64,000 nt of DNA from Actinomycetota bacterium. Lineage in GTDB: Bacteria; Actinomycetota; UBA4738; HRBIN12. A program made the translations under genes and the position numbers. Positions 37,316-46,341 of this stretch are shown here, piece after piece (position 1 is the first letter of the stretch; each line of letters opens with the position of its first letter). The notes below the pieces were generated by a model. That model did no database searches. It was not told where the DNA came from and saw only the letters and a list, made by a program, of their open reading frames with translations. The stretch is from assembly GCA_035463115.1 (NCBI GenBank), contig DATHTO010000139.1, forward strand, positions 3,461-67,460, written 5' to 3'.

Positions 37316-38281
37316 TCACAGCTTCAGCAGGACCTGCTGCGGGACGACCTGGACCGTCACCGGCGTCGATCCGAACCGCCTGCCGTCGACGACGACGGGC
37401 CAGGGGCGTTCCGGCTCCACGGTGACGCGGATCTTCGCGCGCAGCTCCTTCACCCCGGGGTCGGGCAGGTGGCCGCCGTTCATGAAGATGCGCGGCAGCA
37501 TCCGGTAGGCGTCGGCCTTCGGGCCCACGAACGCGAGGGCGTCGATCACGCCGTCGCCGGGGTACGAGCGAGGCGACAATCGCTGTCCTCCGTCGACGAA
37601 CTGCCCGTTCGCGACGACGACGTCCCACGCGGCGAACCGGTGCGAGCGGGCGTCGACGTGGAGGGTGACCGATCGGGAACGCCACCGCGCGTACGTTCGC
37701 CAGAACGCGGTGAACCGACGGACGCGGCCGTCCCCCGGCGCGATCGCCGAGGTCGCGCCGGCCACCGCGGCGCGGAAGCCCACCTGCACCATGTTGTGCC
37801 CGTACCGCACCGCGCGTCCGTCGTCGACCGTCGTGCTGACCTTCATCACGTCGAGGGCGTACGTCGCCTCGTCGCGCAGGTGCGAGACCGCGCCGTCGAC
37901 GTCGTCGGGCAGGCCGAAGCTGCGCGTCAGGTCGCAGACGCCGCCCGCGGGGATCACCGCGATCACCGGGCGTTCGACGATCGTGGTTCCGTCGTCGAAG
38001 GCGCCGTCGATGACGTCCTGAACGCTCCGGTCGTCTCCCGCGACGGCGATGAAGCGGTTCCCCGCCTCGAACGTCGCGCGGGCGATGCCGGGGACCTCGT
38101 CGCCATCGGAGGCGACGACGATCTCGTGAGCGAGTCCCGTCGCCGCCACGGCGCGACGCACGTGGTCGAGCCGGCGACCCACGCCGCCGGCACCCGCCGC
38201 CGCGTCGACGACGACGGTCAGCGGTCCGAACGGATGCGTCGTTCCGCGATGCGTCGATCGAGCGGTCACCACCGGGCGCAT
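37316..38281 (-). CDS. diacylglycerol kinase/YegS-family lipid kinase-like protein (divergent signature motifs)
   Basis: Start is the internal ATG 38281 of track ORF 37316..40477. It has the family layout (VVVDAAAGAGG...), but reads AVAGDDRSV where GGDGT is expected and PAGGVCDLTRS where PxGTGNDFA is expected. Confidence 0.65.
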   Translation of the reverse strand: MRPVVTARSTHRGTTHPFGPLTVVVDAAAGAGGVGRRLDHVRRAVAATGLAHEIVVASDGDEVPGIARATFEAGNRFIAVAGDDRSVQDVIDGAFDDGTTIVERPVIAVIPAGGVCDLTRSFGLPDDVDGAVSHLRDEATYALDVMKVSTTVDDGRAVRYGHNMVQVGFRAAVAGATSAIAPGDGRVRRFTAFWRTYARWRSRSVTLHVDARSHRFAAWDVVVANGQFVDGGQRLSPRSYPGDGVIDALAFVGPKADAYRMLPRIFMNGGHLPDPGVKELRAKIRVTVEPERPWPVVVDGRRFGSTPVTVQVVPQQVLLKL

Positions 38282-38286
38282 CGTAG

Positions 38287-40947
38287 CTACACGCCCGTGT
38301 ACGCGACGACGCCTCGGAGCACGGCGTCCCGGGCGGCACCGACGGTCGTCGCGGTCTCGCCGTCGGCGACCTCCTCGATCTGCCGCAACAGGTCGAGGAG
38401 CTGCTTGCAGTTCCGGACGAAGTCGCCGGGCGCCATCTCGGTCTCGCGCAGCACCTCCTCGAGGGGCTTCCCTTCGGCCCAGTGGAAGATCGGTGTCGCG
38501 AACCCAGCCTCGAGCTCGCGGCACAGCTGCACCTGGTGCTGATCCTCGGTGCGGCGGATCCGCCGCCAGATGCGTTGGAGGGCCTCGTACCGCTCGGCCG
38601 CCGGTGCGGTGGGGAGCTCGCCCGGCAAGGGGTTCCGCTCGCGAGCCTCGTAGACCACGGTGGAGACCAGCGCCGCGGCTTCCGACGGCGACAGACCGTC
38701 GAGGAGCCTCGCGGCGAGCAGCTCGCCGACGAGCACGTCTCCCTCGCCGTAGATCCGGGCGAGCGTCGTTCCTCGGTCGGTGACCGTCCAACCCTCGACG
38801 TACCCGAGGTCCTGCAGCACCGCGAGGACCCGGTCGAACCGTCGCGCGAGCGTCTCGGTCCGCACGCGGATCCTGCGATCCACGCCCGCGAGCTGCTGCT
38901 CGATGCCGGAGACCCGCTGCGCCCACCGCTCGTGCTTCGCGCGCTCCGGGCACGCGTGGCACGGATGCGCACGCGCTTCGGCCTCGAGCTTCGCCGCCTC
39001 GCGCTCGACCTTCGGGTCGGCGGCGCGGCCGTTCCGTGACCGCTTCGGTGGCTTCACGTGGAGGGACACGAGCGCGCTCGCGACGTCGCGACGGTACCGC
39101 GCGCTCCGGGCGCTCCCCGATCGCGGCAGCGGGATCCGGGTGAGGACCGAGGGCGGCTCCTCGAAGTCGTTCCCCGACACGCGGAAGAACCGCCGGTCCT
39201 GGGTGAGGACGGTCGGCTTGCCGTCCCGGCTCGAGACCACGACGGCGAGCCCGCCGCGCTTGGCCCGCGGCACGTGGATCACCTCGCCCGGCTTCAGCGA
39301 CGCGACGGCCTCGCGGATCGAATCGTGGCGCTCGCGCTCCCGTCCCCGGCGATCGGCGTCGCGCAGCGACCGTGCGCGCTCGACCAGCGACCGGTAGCCA
39401 TCGAAGTCGCCGAGGTGGCACACCATGTTCGCGCGATAGCCGGCGAGCGCCTCCTGGTGCCGCTGTCGCGTGCGCTCGAGGGCCACGACGCCCCGGTCGG
39501 CGAGGAACTGCGCGAACGACGCGTTCAGCAGGTGATGCGCCTGCTCGGGTTCGTAGTTCCGGACGAGGTTCACCGCCATGTTGTAGGAGGGTCGGAACGA
39601 CGACGTGAGGTCGTACGTGCGCGTCGCCGCGAGGCCGGCGACCCGCTCGAACGGCACCTGGCGCTGGTACACGACGACGGCGTGGCCGAGCGCGTCGATC
39701 CCGCGGCGTCCGGCGCGACCCGTGAGCTGCGTGTACTCCCCCGGCGTGAGGAGCTCGTGCCGTTCGCCCTGGAACTTCCAGAGGTCCTCGATCACGACCG
39801 TCTTCGCCGGCATGTTGATGCCGAGCGACAGCGTCTCCGTCGCGAACACCACCTTCACGAGCCCTTCCGCGAAGAGCTCCTCCACGGTCTCCTTGAAGAC
39901 GGGCAGCATGCCGGCGTGGTGGGCCGCCACCCCGGCGGTGAGGCCGTCGAGGAAGTCGTAGAACCCCAGCGTCACGAGGTCCTCCTCGTCGATCCACGCG
40001 GCGCGCATCTCGGCACGCTCCCGGATCCGGTCGGCCTCGTCCCGGGTCGTGAGGCGGATGCCCGAGTCCGTCAGCCACCGCACGCTCCGATCGCAGCCGG
40101 CGCGGCTGAAGACGAAGTAGATCGCCGGCAGCATCCCCTCGTCGTCGAGGACCTCGACGACCTCCTCGCGTCGCGGGACGTAGACCCGCCGATGCCCCTC
40201 CCGAGGCCGCGCGATGCGCTCGTGCTGCGGCAGCGCGCTCCCACGCCGGTAGTAGGTCTTGACCTTCAGTTCCTGCTGGTCGAGCGAGACGACGTAGGGG
40301 TTCGGCATCGGCACGCCCTCCTGCTCGACGTGCATGGGATGGAGCCGATGGCCGACGAGGTAGTGGTGCTCGAGCGGCACCGGCCGCTTCTCCTCGATCA
40401 CGACGCGGGTGTCGCCGCGGAGCGTCCGGATCCACTCGCCGAACTCCTCGGCGTTCGAGATCGTCGCCGACAGGCACGTGACGGCGACGCTCGGCGGCAG
40501 GTGGATCAGGACCTCCTCCCAGACCGCACCCCGGTACGGGTCCTGCAGGTAGTGGACCTCGTCCATGATCACCGCCTGCAGACCCCGCAGCGTGCCGCTG
40601 CGCTCGTAGAGCATGTTGCGGAGGACCTCCGTCGTCATCACCACGATCGGCGCCTCGCCGTTGATCGTGTTGTCGCCGGTGAGCAGCCCGACCCGTCCGG
40701 CGCCGTGCTTCTCGACGAGGTCGCCGAACTTCTGGTTCGACAGCGCCTTCAGCGGCGTCGTGTAGAAGGCCTTGCGCCCCGCGTCGAGCGCACGCTCGAT
40801 CGCGAACTCCGCGACGACGGTCTTCCCCGAGCCGGTCGGCGCGGCGACGAGCACCGAACCACCGCGGTCGAGGGCGTCGATCGCGTCACGTTGGAACGCG
40901 TCGAGCGGGAACGGGAAGGCGGCCGCGAAGGCCTCCGGGGAGGTCAC
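38287..40947 (-). CDS. helY: Ski2-like DEAD/DEAH-box helicase HelY
   Basis: 886 aa with APTGSGKT, DEVH, and the Ski2 arch/DSHCT-type C-terminus. Synteny with tatC matches mycobacteria. Confidence 0.9.
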   Translation of the reverse strand: MTSPEAFAAAFPFPLDAFQRDAIDALDRGGSVLVAAPTGSGKTVVAEFAIERALDAGRKAFYTTPLKALSNQKFGDLVEKHGAGRVGLLTGDNTINGEAPIVVMTTEVLRNMLYERSGTLRGLQAVIMDEVHYLQDPYRGAVWEEVLIHLPPSVAVTCLSATISNAEEFGEWIRTLRGDTRVVIEEKRPVPLEHHYLVGHRLHPMHVEQEGVPMPNPYVVSLDQQELKVKTYYRRGSALPQHERIARPREGHRRVYVPRREEVVEVLDDEGMLPAIYFVFSRAGCDRSVRWLTDSGIRLTTRDEADRIRERAEMRAAWIDEEDLVTLGFYDFLDGLTAGVAAHHAGMLPVFKETVEELFAEGLVKVVFATETLSLGINMPAKTVVIEDLWKFQGERHELLTPGEYTQLTGRAGRRGIDALGHAVVVYQRQVPFERVAGLAATRTYDLTSSFRPSYNMAVNLVRNYEPEQAHHLLNASFAQFLADRGVVALERTRQRHQEALAGYRANMVCHLGDFDGYRSLVERARSLRDADRRGRERERHDSIREAVASLKPGEVIHVPRAKRGGLAVVVSSRDGKPTVLTQDRRFFRVSGNDFEEPPSVLTRIPLPRSGSARSARYRRDVASALVSLHVKPPKRSRNGRAADPKVEREAAKLEAEARAHPCHACPERAKHERWAQRVSGIEQQLAGVDRRIRVRTETLARRFDRVLAVLQDLGYVEGWTVTDRGTTLARIYGEGDVLVGELLAARLLDGLSPSEAAALVSTVVYEARERNPLPGELPTAPAAERYEALQRIWRRIRRTEDQHQVQLCRELEAGFATPIFHWAEGKPLEEVLRETEMAPGDFVRNCKQLLDLLRQIEEVADGETATTVGAARDAVLRGVVAYTGV

Positions 40948-40982
40948 CGAGCCAGTCTACGGGCCGTCCGCGTGGCGGCCGC

Positions 40983-41702
40983 TCAGCCGACGCCCTCGCG
41001 GAACCGTTGCACCAGTTCGGCGAAGCGCGCAGGCCGCTCGACGTTCGAGAGGTGGCCCGCGCCCTCGATCACGGCGAGCTCCGCGCCCGGGATCGCATCG
41101 GCCATCGGCGCGGACACCGCGGCAGGGATCAGCCGGTCTCGGTCCGACGTGATCACGAGCGTCGGGACGTCGATGCGCGGAAGGTCGGGTCGCGAGTCGG
41201 GGCGTTCGGCCAGGCCGAGCGCCGCCGCGGCGATCGCCTCGGGATCTTGCGACGCGATCCACCGGCGGACGCGGTCGACGAGCTCGGGAGGCGCGTCGTC
41301 GGCGAGCAGCGGTGGCGGCTCCTCCACGAGGACGTTGCCCTCGGTGCGCAGGCGTTCGGCCAGCGCCGTCCTTGCTCCTCGCGCCTCGTCGGTGTCGGGC
41401 TCGGCGCGGGTGTTCGCGAGGATCAGCCCCGCGACGCGCTCGGGCGCGCGGCGCCACAGCTCGAACGCGACGTAGCCGCCCATCGAGAGACCGCACACGA
41501 CCGCGCGCTCACCTCCGGCGGCCTCGAGCGCGTCGAGAGCCGCCGTCGCGGCGTCCGCCATCGTGAGGACGCCGCCCGTCGTCGACGGGGCGTTCCCGAA
41601 CCCCGGAAGGTCCGGCGCGACGACCCCGGGAGGGCCGGCGAGGTCCTCCCACATCCGCGCGTCCAGCGGGAACGCGTGCAGGAGCAGCAGGTCCGCGGTC
41701 AT
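40983..41702 (-). CDS. alpha/beta hydrolase
   Basis: 239 aa. The nucleophile elbow is GLSMGG, and HLSNVERP lies near the C-terminus. ATGA overlap with the upstream kinase gene. Confidence 0.8.
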   Translation of the reverse strand: MTADLLLLHAFPLDARMWEDLAGPPGVVAPDLPGFGNAPSTTGGVLTMADAATAALDALEAAGGERAVVCGLSMGGYVAFELWRRAPERVAGLILANTRAEPDTDEARGARTALAERLRTEGNVLVEEPPPLLADDAPPELVDRVRRWIASQDPEAIAAAALGLAERPDSRPDLPRIDVPTLVITSDRDRLIPAAVSAPMADAIPGAELAVIEGAGHLSNVERPARFAELVQRFREGVG

Positions 41703-42610
41703 GGGATCGCCCTCGGGTTCACGCCGACGACGATCGGCAGGGCCGCCGGCAGGACCTCGAACCGCGCGGGCAGCGGGCCGACGCGCTCGCCGTCGGCGTA
41801 CACCTGGACCCGGCGATCCGTCTCGATCGCCACGGTGCGCGCCGTCGCCATCGTGACGGCGGGATGGCGGACGTGCGTCCCCCGGAACACCTTGGGGAAC
41901 GCCCGCAGGAAGGCCCCCTTTCCCAAGGCTCGGAGCAGGAGCACGTCGAGGCAGCCGTCGACGACCGAGGCCCGAGGCGCGACCTTCATCCCACCTCCGT
42001 AGCTGACCGCGTTCGCGACGACGACGAGCATGTGCGGTCCCTCGACGACCTCGTCGTCGAGCTGGACCCGGTACCCGGCCGGCACGAACCGCGACAGGGT
42101 CTTCACGACCGAGGCGATGTACGTCCCCGTCGGGCCGAGCCCGAGCCGCATCGCGTTCGCCGCCTCGGTCACGTCGGAATCGAACCCGGCGCCGGCGACG
42201 TTCACGTAGACGCGGCGCTCCGTTCCGGTGGTGACGCGGACGACGTCGATCGGCACGACGTTCGGATCGGCGAGGGCGCGGACCGCGGCCGCGAGCGATC
42301 CCACGCCGAGCGAGTGCGCGAAGTCGTCACCGGTCCCGCTGGGGAGCACCGCCAGGGTGGCCCCCGTGTCGAGGATGCCGTTCGCGGCGAGGCCGACGGA
42401 ACCGTCGCCACCGAGCACGGCGATCGTCCCGACGCCGTCGTCGGCCGCGCGGCGCACCTGCTCGGTGAGCCCATCCGCGGACCCGCTCACGCGGAACGCG
42501 TGCGGGACCCCCGCCTCGTGCAGCATGCGACCCACCTTGCCGATCAGCCGACCGCCCTTGCCGCGTCCGGCCGCCGGGTTCGCGACGACGACGACCTCGG
42601 AGGCGGTCAT
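41699..42610 (-). CDS. diacylglycerol kinase family lipid kinase
   Basis: Start is the internal ATG 42610. It has the canonical motifs VVVVANPAAGRGKG, VLGGDGSV, and LPSGTGDDFA. Confidence 0.8.
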   Translation of the reverse strand: MTASEVVVVANPAAGRGKGGRLIGKVGRMLHEAGVPHAFRVSGSADGLTEQVRRAADDGVGTIAVLGGDGSVGLAANGILDTGATLAVLPSGTGDDFAHSLGVGSLAAAVRALADPNVVPIDVVRVTTGTERRVYVNVAGAGFDSDVTEAANAMRLGLGPTGTYIASVVKTLSRFVPAGYRVQLDDEVVEGPHMLVVVANAVSYGGGMKVAPRASVVDGCLDVLLLRALGKGAFLRAFPKVFRGTHVRHPAVTMATARTVAIETDRRVQVYADGERVGPLPARFEVLPAALPIVVGVNPRAIP

Positions 42611-42618
42611 CGCCGCGC

Positions 42619-43362
42619 TCAGCCGCCGATCGGCAGGCCGCCCGTGCCGAGCCCCGCCTCGGCGCCCGCGCTCGCGGGCGTCAGCCCTCCTGCGTTCAGG
42701 CCCAATAGGTAGTCGTTCCAGGCCCCCTGCAGCGTCGTGGCGGCTCCTTCCGAGACGCTGCGAGCCTCGTCGATCGTCGCCTCGTGGCCGGCGTCCGGGA
42801 GGGTCGCCGCCAGCGTCGTGAGCCGCGCCGCGACGGCGTACGACCGGAGCGCGGAGACGAAGCCTGCCTGGCTGTCGAGGACGGCGCTGGCCTCTCCGAC
42901 GTCGAAGCCCTTGTTGCGGACGGCGCCGATCAGGTCGTACCCCTCGAGGGCCGACGCCGCCTCGTCGAGTCGCTCGTCGAGCCCGTCGATCGCCGAGACG
43001 TCGTCCTCGCCGTCGGCGACGATCTCGATCACGGCGGGCAGCTCCGCGGCGACGCTCGGAGCCGCCCCGGGCGCGCCGAAGGCCCCGACCTTCGCGATCT
43101 CGGTCTCGACGAGCTCCTTCCACCCCCGGACGGCCCGACGTCGTTCGACCTGCTCGACGGCCTCGCGCTCGTCGACGTTGCCCTGCCGGATGCCGTTCGT
43201 CAGCCAGATCAGGAACCAGACGACGCCGGCCCCGACGAGCACGGCGGCGACCAGCTGCACCCAGCGGCGCTGCAGGAAGGGGGTGGGTCGCTCGACGGGG
43301 GCGCGCCGCGGCGCGCGGGCCGGCGGATGGCTGCGGGTCTTGCCCTTGCCCTTGATCGCCAC
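42619..43362 (-). CDS. hypothetical membrane-anchored protein
   Basis: 247 aa. A basic N-terminus is followed by one TM segment (WVQLVAAVLVGAGVVWFLIWL) and an alanine-rich, helical-looking ectodomain. GTG 43362 abuts the tatC stop (TGAGTG). No family recognised. Confidence 0.6.
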   Translation of the reverse strand: MAIKGKGKTRSHPPARAPRRAPVERPTPFLQRRWVQLVAAVLVGAGVVWFLIWLTNGIRQGNVDEREAVEQVERRRAVRGWKELVETEIAKVGAFGAPGAAPSVAAELPAVIEIVADGEDDVSAIDGLDERLDEAASALEGYDLIGAVRNKGFDVGEASAVLDSQAGFVSALRSYAVAARLTTLAATLPDAGHEATIDEARSVSEGAATTLQGAWNDYLLGLNAGGLTPASAGAEAGLGTGGLPIGG

Positions 43363-44166
43363 TCAGGTCTCCTCGGCGGCTCGTCGTCGCCTCGTCACGC
43401 GGCCGACGATGATAGCGGCCTCGTAGAACACGTACATCGGCACGCCGAGCATCAGCAACGTGATCGGGTCACCCGTCGGCGTGATCACCGCCGCGAAGAC
43501 CGCGATCGCCACGATCGCGTACCGACGCCATGCACCAAGTCGCTCCGGCGTCAGCACGCCGACCAGCTCGAGGAACACCAGCAGCACCGGCAGCAGGAAC
43601 GAGAACCCGAACGCCAGGATCACCAGCACGACGAACCCGATGTACCGGTCGAAGTGGAGGATCGCGAACGTTCCCTCGCCCGCGAACCCGAGGAGGAACT
43701 CGAGCCCTCGCGGGAGCGCGAGGTACGCGAACGCCGCGCCGCCCGCGAACAGCGCGAGCGAGGTGGCGATGAAGGGGATCGCGTAGGCCTTCTCGCGTTT
43801 CGTCAGTCCCGGCGTGACGAACGCCCACAGCTGGTACAGGACCACGGGCAGCGCGATCGCGAGGCCGAGGTAGAGGACGATCTTCAGCTTCACGGTGAAG
43901 CCGTCGACCGGCCCGCTGAAGAACAGGCCGCACCGGCCGTCGGACAACGGATTGAACTGCGGGTTCCGCGCGATGAAGTCGCAGTAGGGCTCGCTCAGGG
44001 CGTCCTTGATCGGCTCGTAGACGAACCAGGCGGGGATCGAACCGAACGCGAGCGCCAGCAGGATGACGATCAGGCGATGACGGAGCTCCTCGAGATGCTC
44101 CATCAACGTCATCGTGCCGCTGTGCTCCGACTCGGAGCGACGGCGCCGGAACGGGATCACGGCCAT
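43363..44166 (-). CDS. tatC: twin-arginine translocase subunit TatC
   Basis: 267 aa reading LMEHLEELRHRLI, with six TM segments and LTPGLTKREK. Confidence 0.9.
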   Translation of the reverse strand: MAVIPFRRRRSESEHSGTMTLMEHLEELRHRLIVILLALAFGSIPAWFVYEPIKDALSEPYCDFIARNPQFNPLSDGRCGLFFSGPVDGFTVKLKIVLYLGLAIALPVVLYQLWAFVTPGLTKREKAYAIPFIATSLALFAGGAAFAYLALPRGLEFLLGFAGEGTFAILHFDRYIGFVVLVILAFGFSFLLPVLLVFLELVGVLTPERLGAWRRYAIVAIAVFAAVITPTGDPITLLMLGVPMYVFYEAAIIVGRVTRRRRAAEET

Positions 44167-44177
44167 CGGCGAGGCGC

Positions 44178-44615
44178 CTATCCGGCGCCCGCGGCGGCCG
44201 GCGGCCCGTCGGGATCGTCGTCGCGGGCCTGCGGGGCATCGGTGCGCGTCGTCGCCGTGTCGTCGCCCCCCGATCCGCCGGGAACGTCGGGCTCGCGCTC
44301 GCCCGACGGCGATGGTTCGTCCGGCGCCGTCTCGGACGACGCGGCGTCGTCGTCGGCCGCCGGCGCTCCCGGTCGGGCCGTGCGATGCGGCCGCGCAGGC
44401 GTCCGCTTCGAGCCCGAGACGCCGGGCTGGTGCACCGCCGGCGGTTCGGGATTGAGGTCGATCTTCACCATGTCCTTGACCTCGTCCTGCATCTTGCGGA
44501 ACTCGCGCATCCCGCGCCCGAGCGATCGGGCCAGCTCGGGGAGCTTCTGCGGCCCGAGCACGATCAAAGCCAGCAGCAGGACGATCAGCAGTTCGGTGCT
44601 CGAGATGTTGAACAT
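44178..44615 (-). CDS. tatA: twin-arginine translocase subunit TatA/E with a long acidic tail
   Basis: Start is the internal ATG 44615. It reads MFNISSTELLIVLLLALIVLGPQKLPELARSLGRGMREFRK. Confidence 0.85.
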   Translation of the reverse strand: MFNISSTELLIVLLLALIVLGPQKLPELARSLGRGMREFRKMQDEVKDMVKIDLNPEPPAVHQPGVSGSKRTPARPHRTARPGAPAADDDAASSETAPDEPSPSGEREPDVPGGSGGDDTATTRTDAPQARDDDPDGPPAAAGAG

Positions 44616-44649
44616 GGCGATGGGTGGACCGGACGGCCCGGGGCCAATC

Positions 44650-44883
44650 CTACCCCCGCCCGGACGAAGCCCGACGGCCCGGCACCTGCATCGACGCCGC
44701 CCGCATCGAGGCGCGATCCCCGTCGGCCGCGATCCCGTCGGCCAGCGGCTTGACGGCGTCCTGGAGCTCACGCGCCGAGCGACCGAGGATCAGCACGTGT
44801 CGGACGAGGGCGATGAGGCACGCGGTCACCGCGGCGGTACTGACGATCGCCACGATGAACCACACGACGAGCCAGGTGGACAC
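44650..44883 (-). CDS. small hypothetical membrane protein
   Basis: 77 aa with an N-terminal TM segment (WLVVWFIVAIVSTAAVTACLIALV) and GC3-rich codons. TAGCAT lies 7 nt upstream of GTG 44883, suggesting a leaderless transcript. Confidence 0.45.
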   Translation of the reverse strand: MSTWLVVWFIVAIVSTAAVTACLIALVRHVLILGRSARELQDAVKPLADGIAADGDRASMRAASMQVPGRRASSGRG

Positions 44884-44928
44884 GTCGGCGATGCTACAGG
44901 AGCTGGCTGACGTGCCGGCAGCGACCGG

Positions 44929-45306
44929 TCAGACGTTGCCGCCGCTGCTGGCGAGGAAGTCCCGGATGTACCGGTCGTCCTCGAGCAGGTAATGGAACTC
45001 GATCACGTCGTCGACCGTGAGCGACGGTCCCGGCGGCCGCTCCTCGAGCGGCTCCATCGCGTCGAACAGCTCGGACTGATGGTCGGGGTCGTCGCGATCG
45101 ATGTCCACCCCGGCGGACACGAGGAGGGCGACGATCTTGCGGTCGGCGCGCTTCTCGACGTCGTCGGCACAGCTGGGACACGTGAAGCGGTAGCTCCCTT
45201 CGCGGCCGTCGGACCGGACCGACAGCGAGATCGCGTCGGGTCCCATGTCGACCTCTCCGCAGCGCGGGCACGTTGTCCGGATCGTGGTCATCTCGCAGCA
45301 AGGCAT
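44929..45306 (-). CDS. hypothetical zinc-ribbon protein
   Basis: It has two CxxC pairs (CPRCG...CPSCA) and an acidic C-terminal half, with GC3-rich codons. ATG 45306 lies 8 nt after GGAGG. Alternative starts are 45315 and 45291. Confidence 0.55.
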   Translation of the reverse strand: MPCCEMTTIRTTCPRCGEVDMGPDAISLSVRSDGREGSYRFTCPSCADDVEKRADRKIVALLVSAGVDIDRDDPDHQSELFDAMEPLEERPPGPSLTVDDVIEFHYLLEDDRYIRDFLASSGGNV

Positions 45307-45369
45307 CGGTCGCACCTCCGAAGGGCTTGAGCGCGGGTTCTCGCGTGGGGGCTACCCCGAACGGGCCGG

Positions 45370-46341
45370 TCAGTCGGCGTAGCGCGCGAGGGTCTCGCGC
45401 GCCGTGCCCGCCACCTGGTCGCGGAGCTCCGGGGGCCCGAGGACGTCGACGTCGGCTCCGAGCCGCAGGACGAGCCGCGCGACCCAGGCCAGCCGACGTG
45501 AGGGGAGGGTCACCTCGATCGCCCCGTCCTCGACCTCCGATGCGTCGGTCGTGGCGTAGTACTCCGAGACCCACCGTGCCGCCGGCCGCAGCCGTAGCCG
45601 GACCTCGACGTCCTGCGACGTCGGTGAGTAGAGCGGACGCCCCGCCCCCCGCAGACCGCGTGGGGAGAACGACTCCCCCGTCGGCTCGGCCTCGCGGATC
45701 CGATCGATCCGGAACAGTCGCTCGCCATCGGCGTCGACGTCCCAGGCCGCGACGTACCAGTGGCCGAGGCTCGAGAAGACCTCTTCCGGATCCACCGTCC
45801 GGTCGGTCGATTCGTTCGTCGACGCCGCGAGGTACCGGATCCGGAGGCGGTGGTGGTCGGCCGCCGCCGCGCGCACGTCGTCGAGGGCGGGCGGCGCGGC
45901 CCCGTGCGCCGCGGCCTCGATCCCCGCGACGTCGCCGAGCGTGTCGGCGCCGAGGGACCCTCGGAGCTTCTCGAGGGCGCTCGCCAGGACGGGTGCCTCC
46001 GGAACACCTGGCGTGGCGAGCAGCTCCGTGCCGCGGAGGTACACGGCGAGGGCCTCCTGCCGGGTCAGCCGCAGCGGCCGAGCGAAGTGGTCCGCCATCG
46101 AGATCGAGATGCTGCCGTCGTCGTCGATCCAGACGTCGATCAGGTCGCCAGGTCCGTACGGCGGGAGCCCCGACATGAACAGCAGCTCGAGGTCCTTCCG
46201 CAGCTGCGTCGCCGGAACACCGAAGAGGTCCGCGGCGTCGTCGAGCGTCGTGCCGTCGTGCCGCACGAGGTACGGCACGATCGTCAGCATCCGTCCGAGC
46301 CGTTCGGAGGTCCGGCTCGGTGCTCGACGCCGCTCAGGCAT
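45370..46341 (-). CDS. pafC: WYL-domain transcriptional regulator PafC
   Basis: Start is the internal ATG 46341, overlapping pafB by 8 nt. The HTH region reads SERLGRMLTIVPYL. The WYL region reads HWYVAAWDVDADGERLFRIDRI. Confidence 0.85.
   Translation of the reverse strand: MPERRRAPSRTSERLGRMLTIVPYLVRHDGTTLDDAADLFGVPATQLRKDLELLFMSGLPPYGPGDLIDVWIDDDGSISISMADHFARPLRLTRQEALAVYLRGTELLATPGVPEAPVLASALEKLRGSLGADTLGDVAGIEAAAHGAAPPALDDVRAAAADHHRLRIRYLAASTNESTDRTVDPEEVFSSLGHWYVAAWDVDADGERLFRIDRIREAEPTGESFSPRGLRGAGRPLYSPTSQDVEVRLRLRPAARWVSEYYATTDASEVEDGAIEVTLPSRRLAWVARLVLRLGADVDVLGPPELRDQVAGTARETLARYAD

Noticed and set aside
38282-40477. The upstream 730 aa of track ORF 37316..40477 (and similar long ORFs at 3588..5669, 10632..12737, 39058..41475, 42784..44910, 54627..56612 and 56327..58105).
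   Set aside because: These overlap recognised genes out of frame or antisense, and their Arg/Ala/Pro-rich composition is shadow-like. Only the 3' 321 codons of 37316..40477 look like a real lipid-kinase-like protein.
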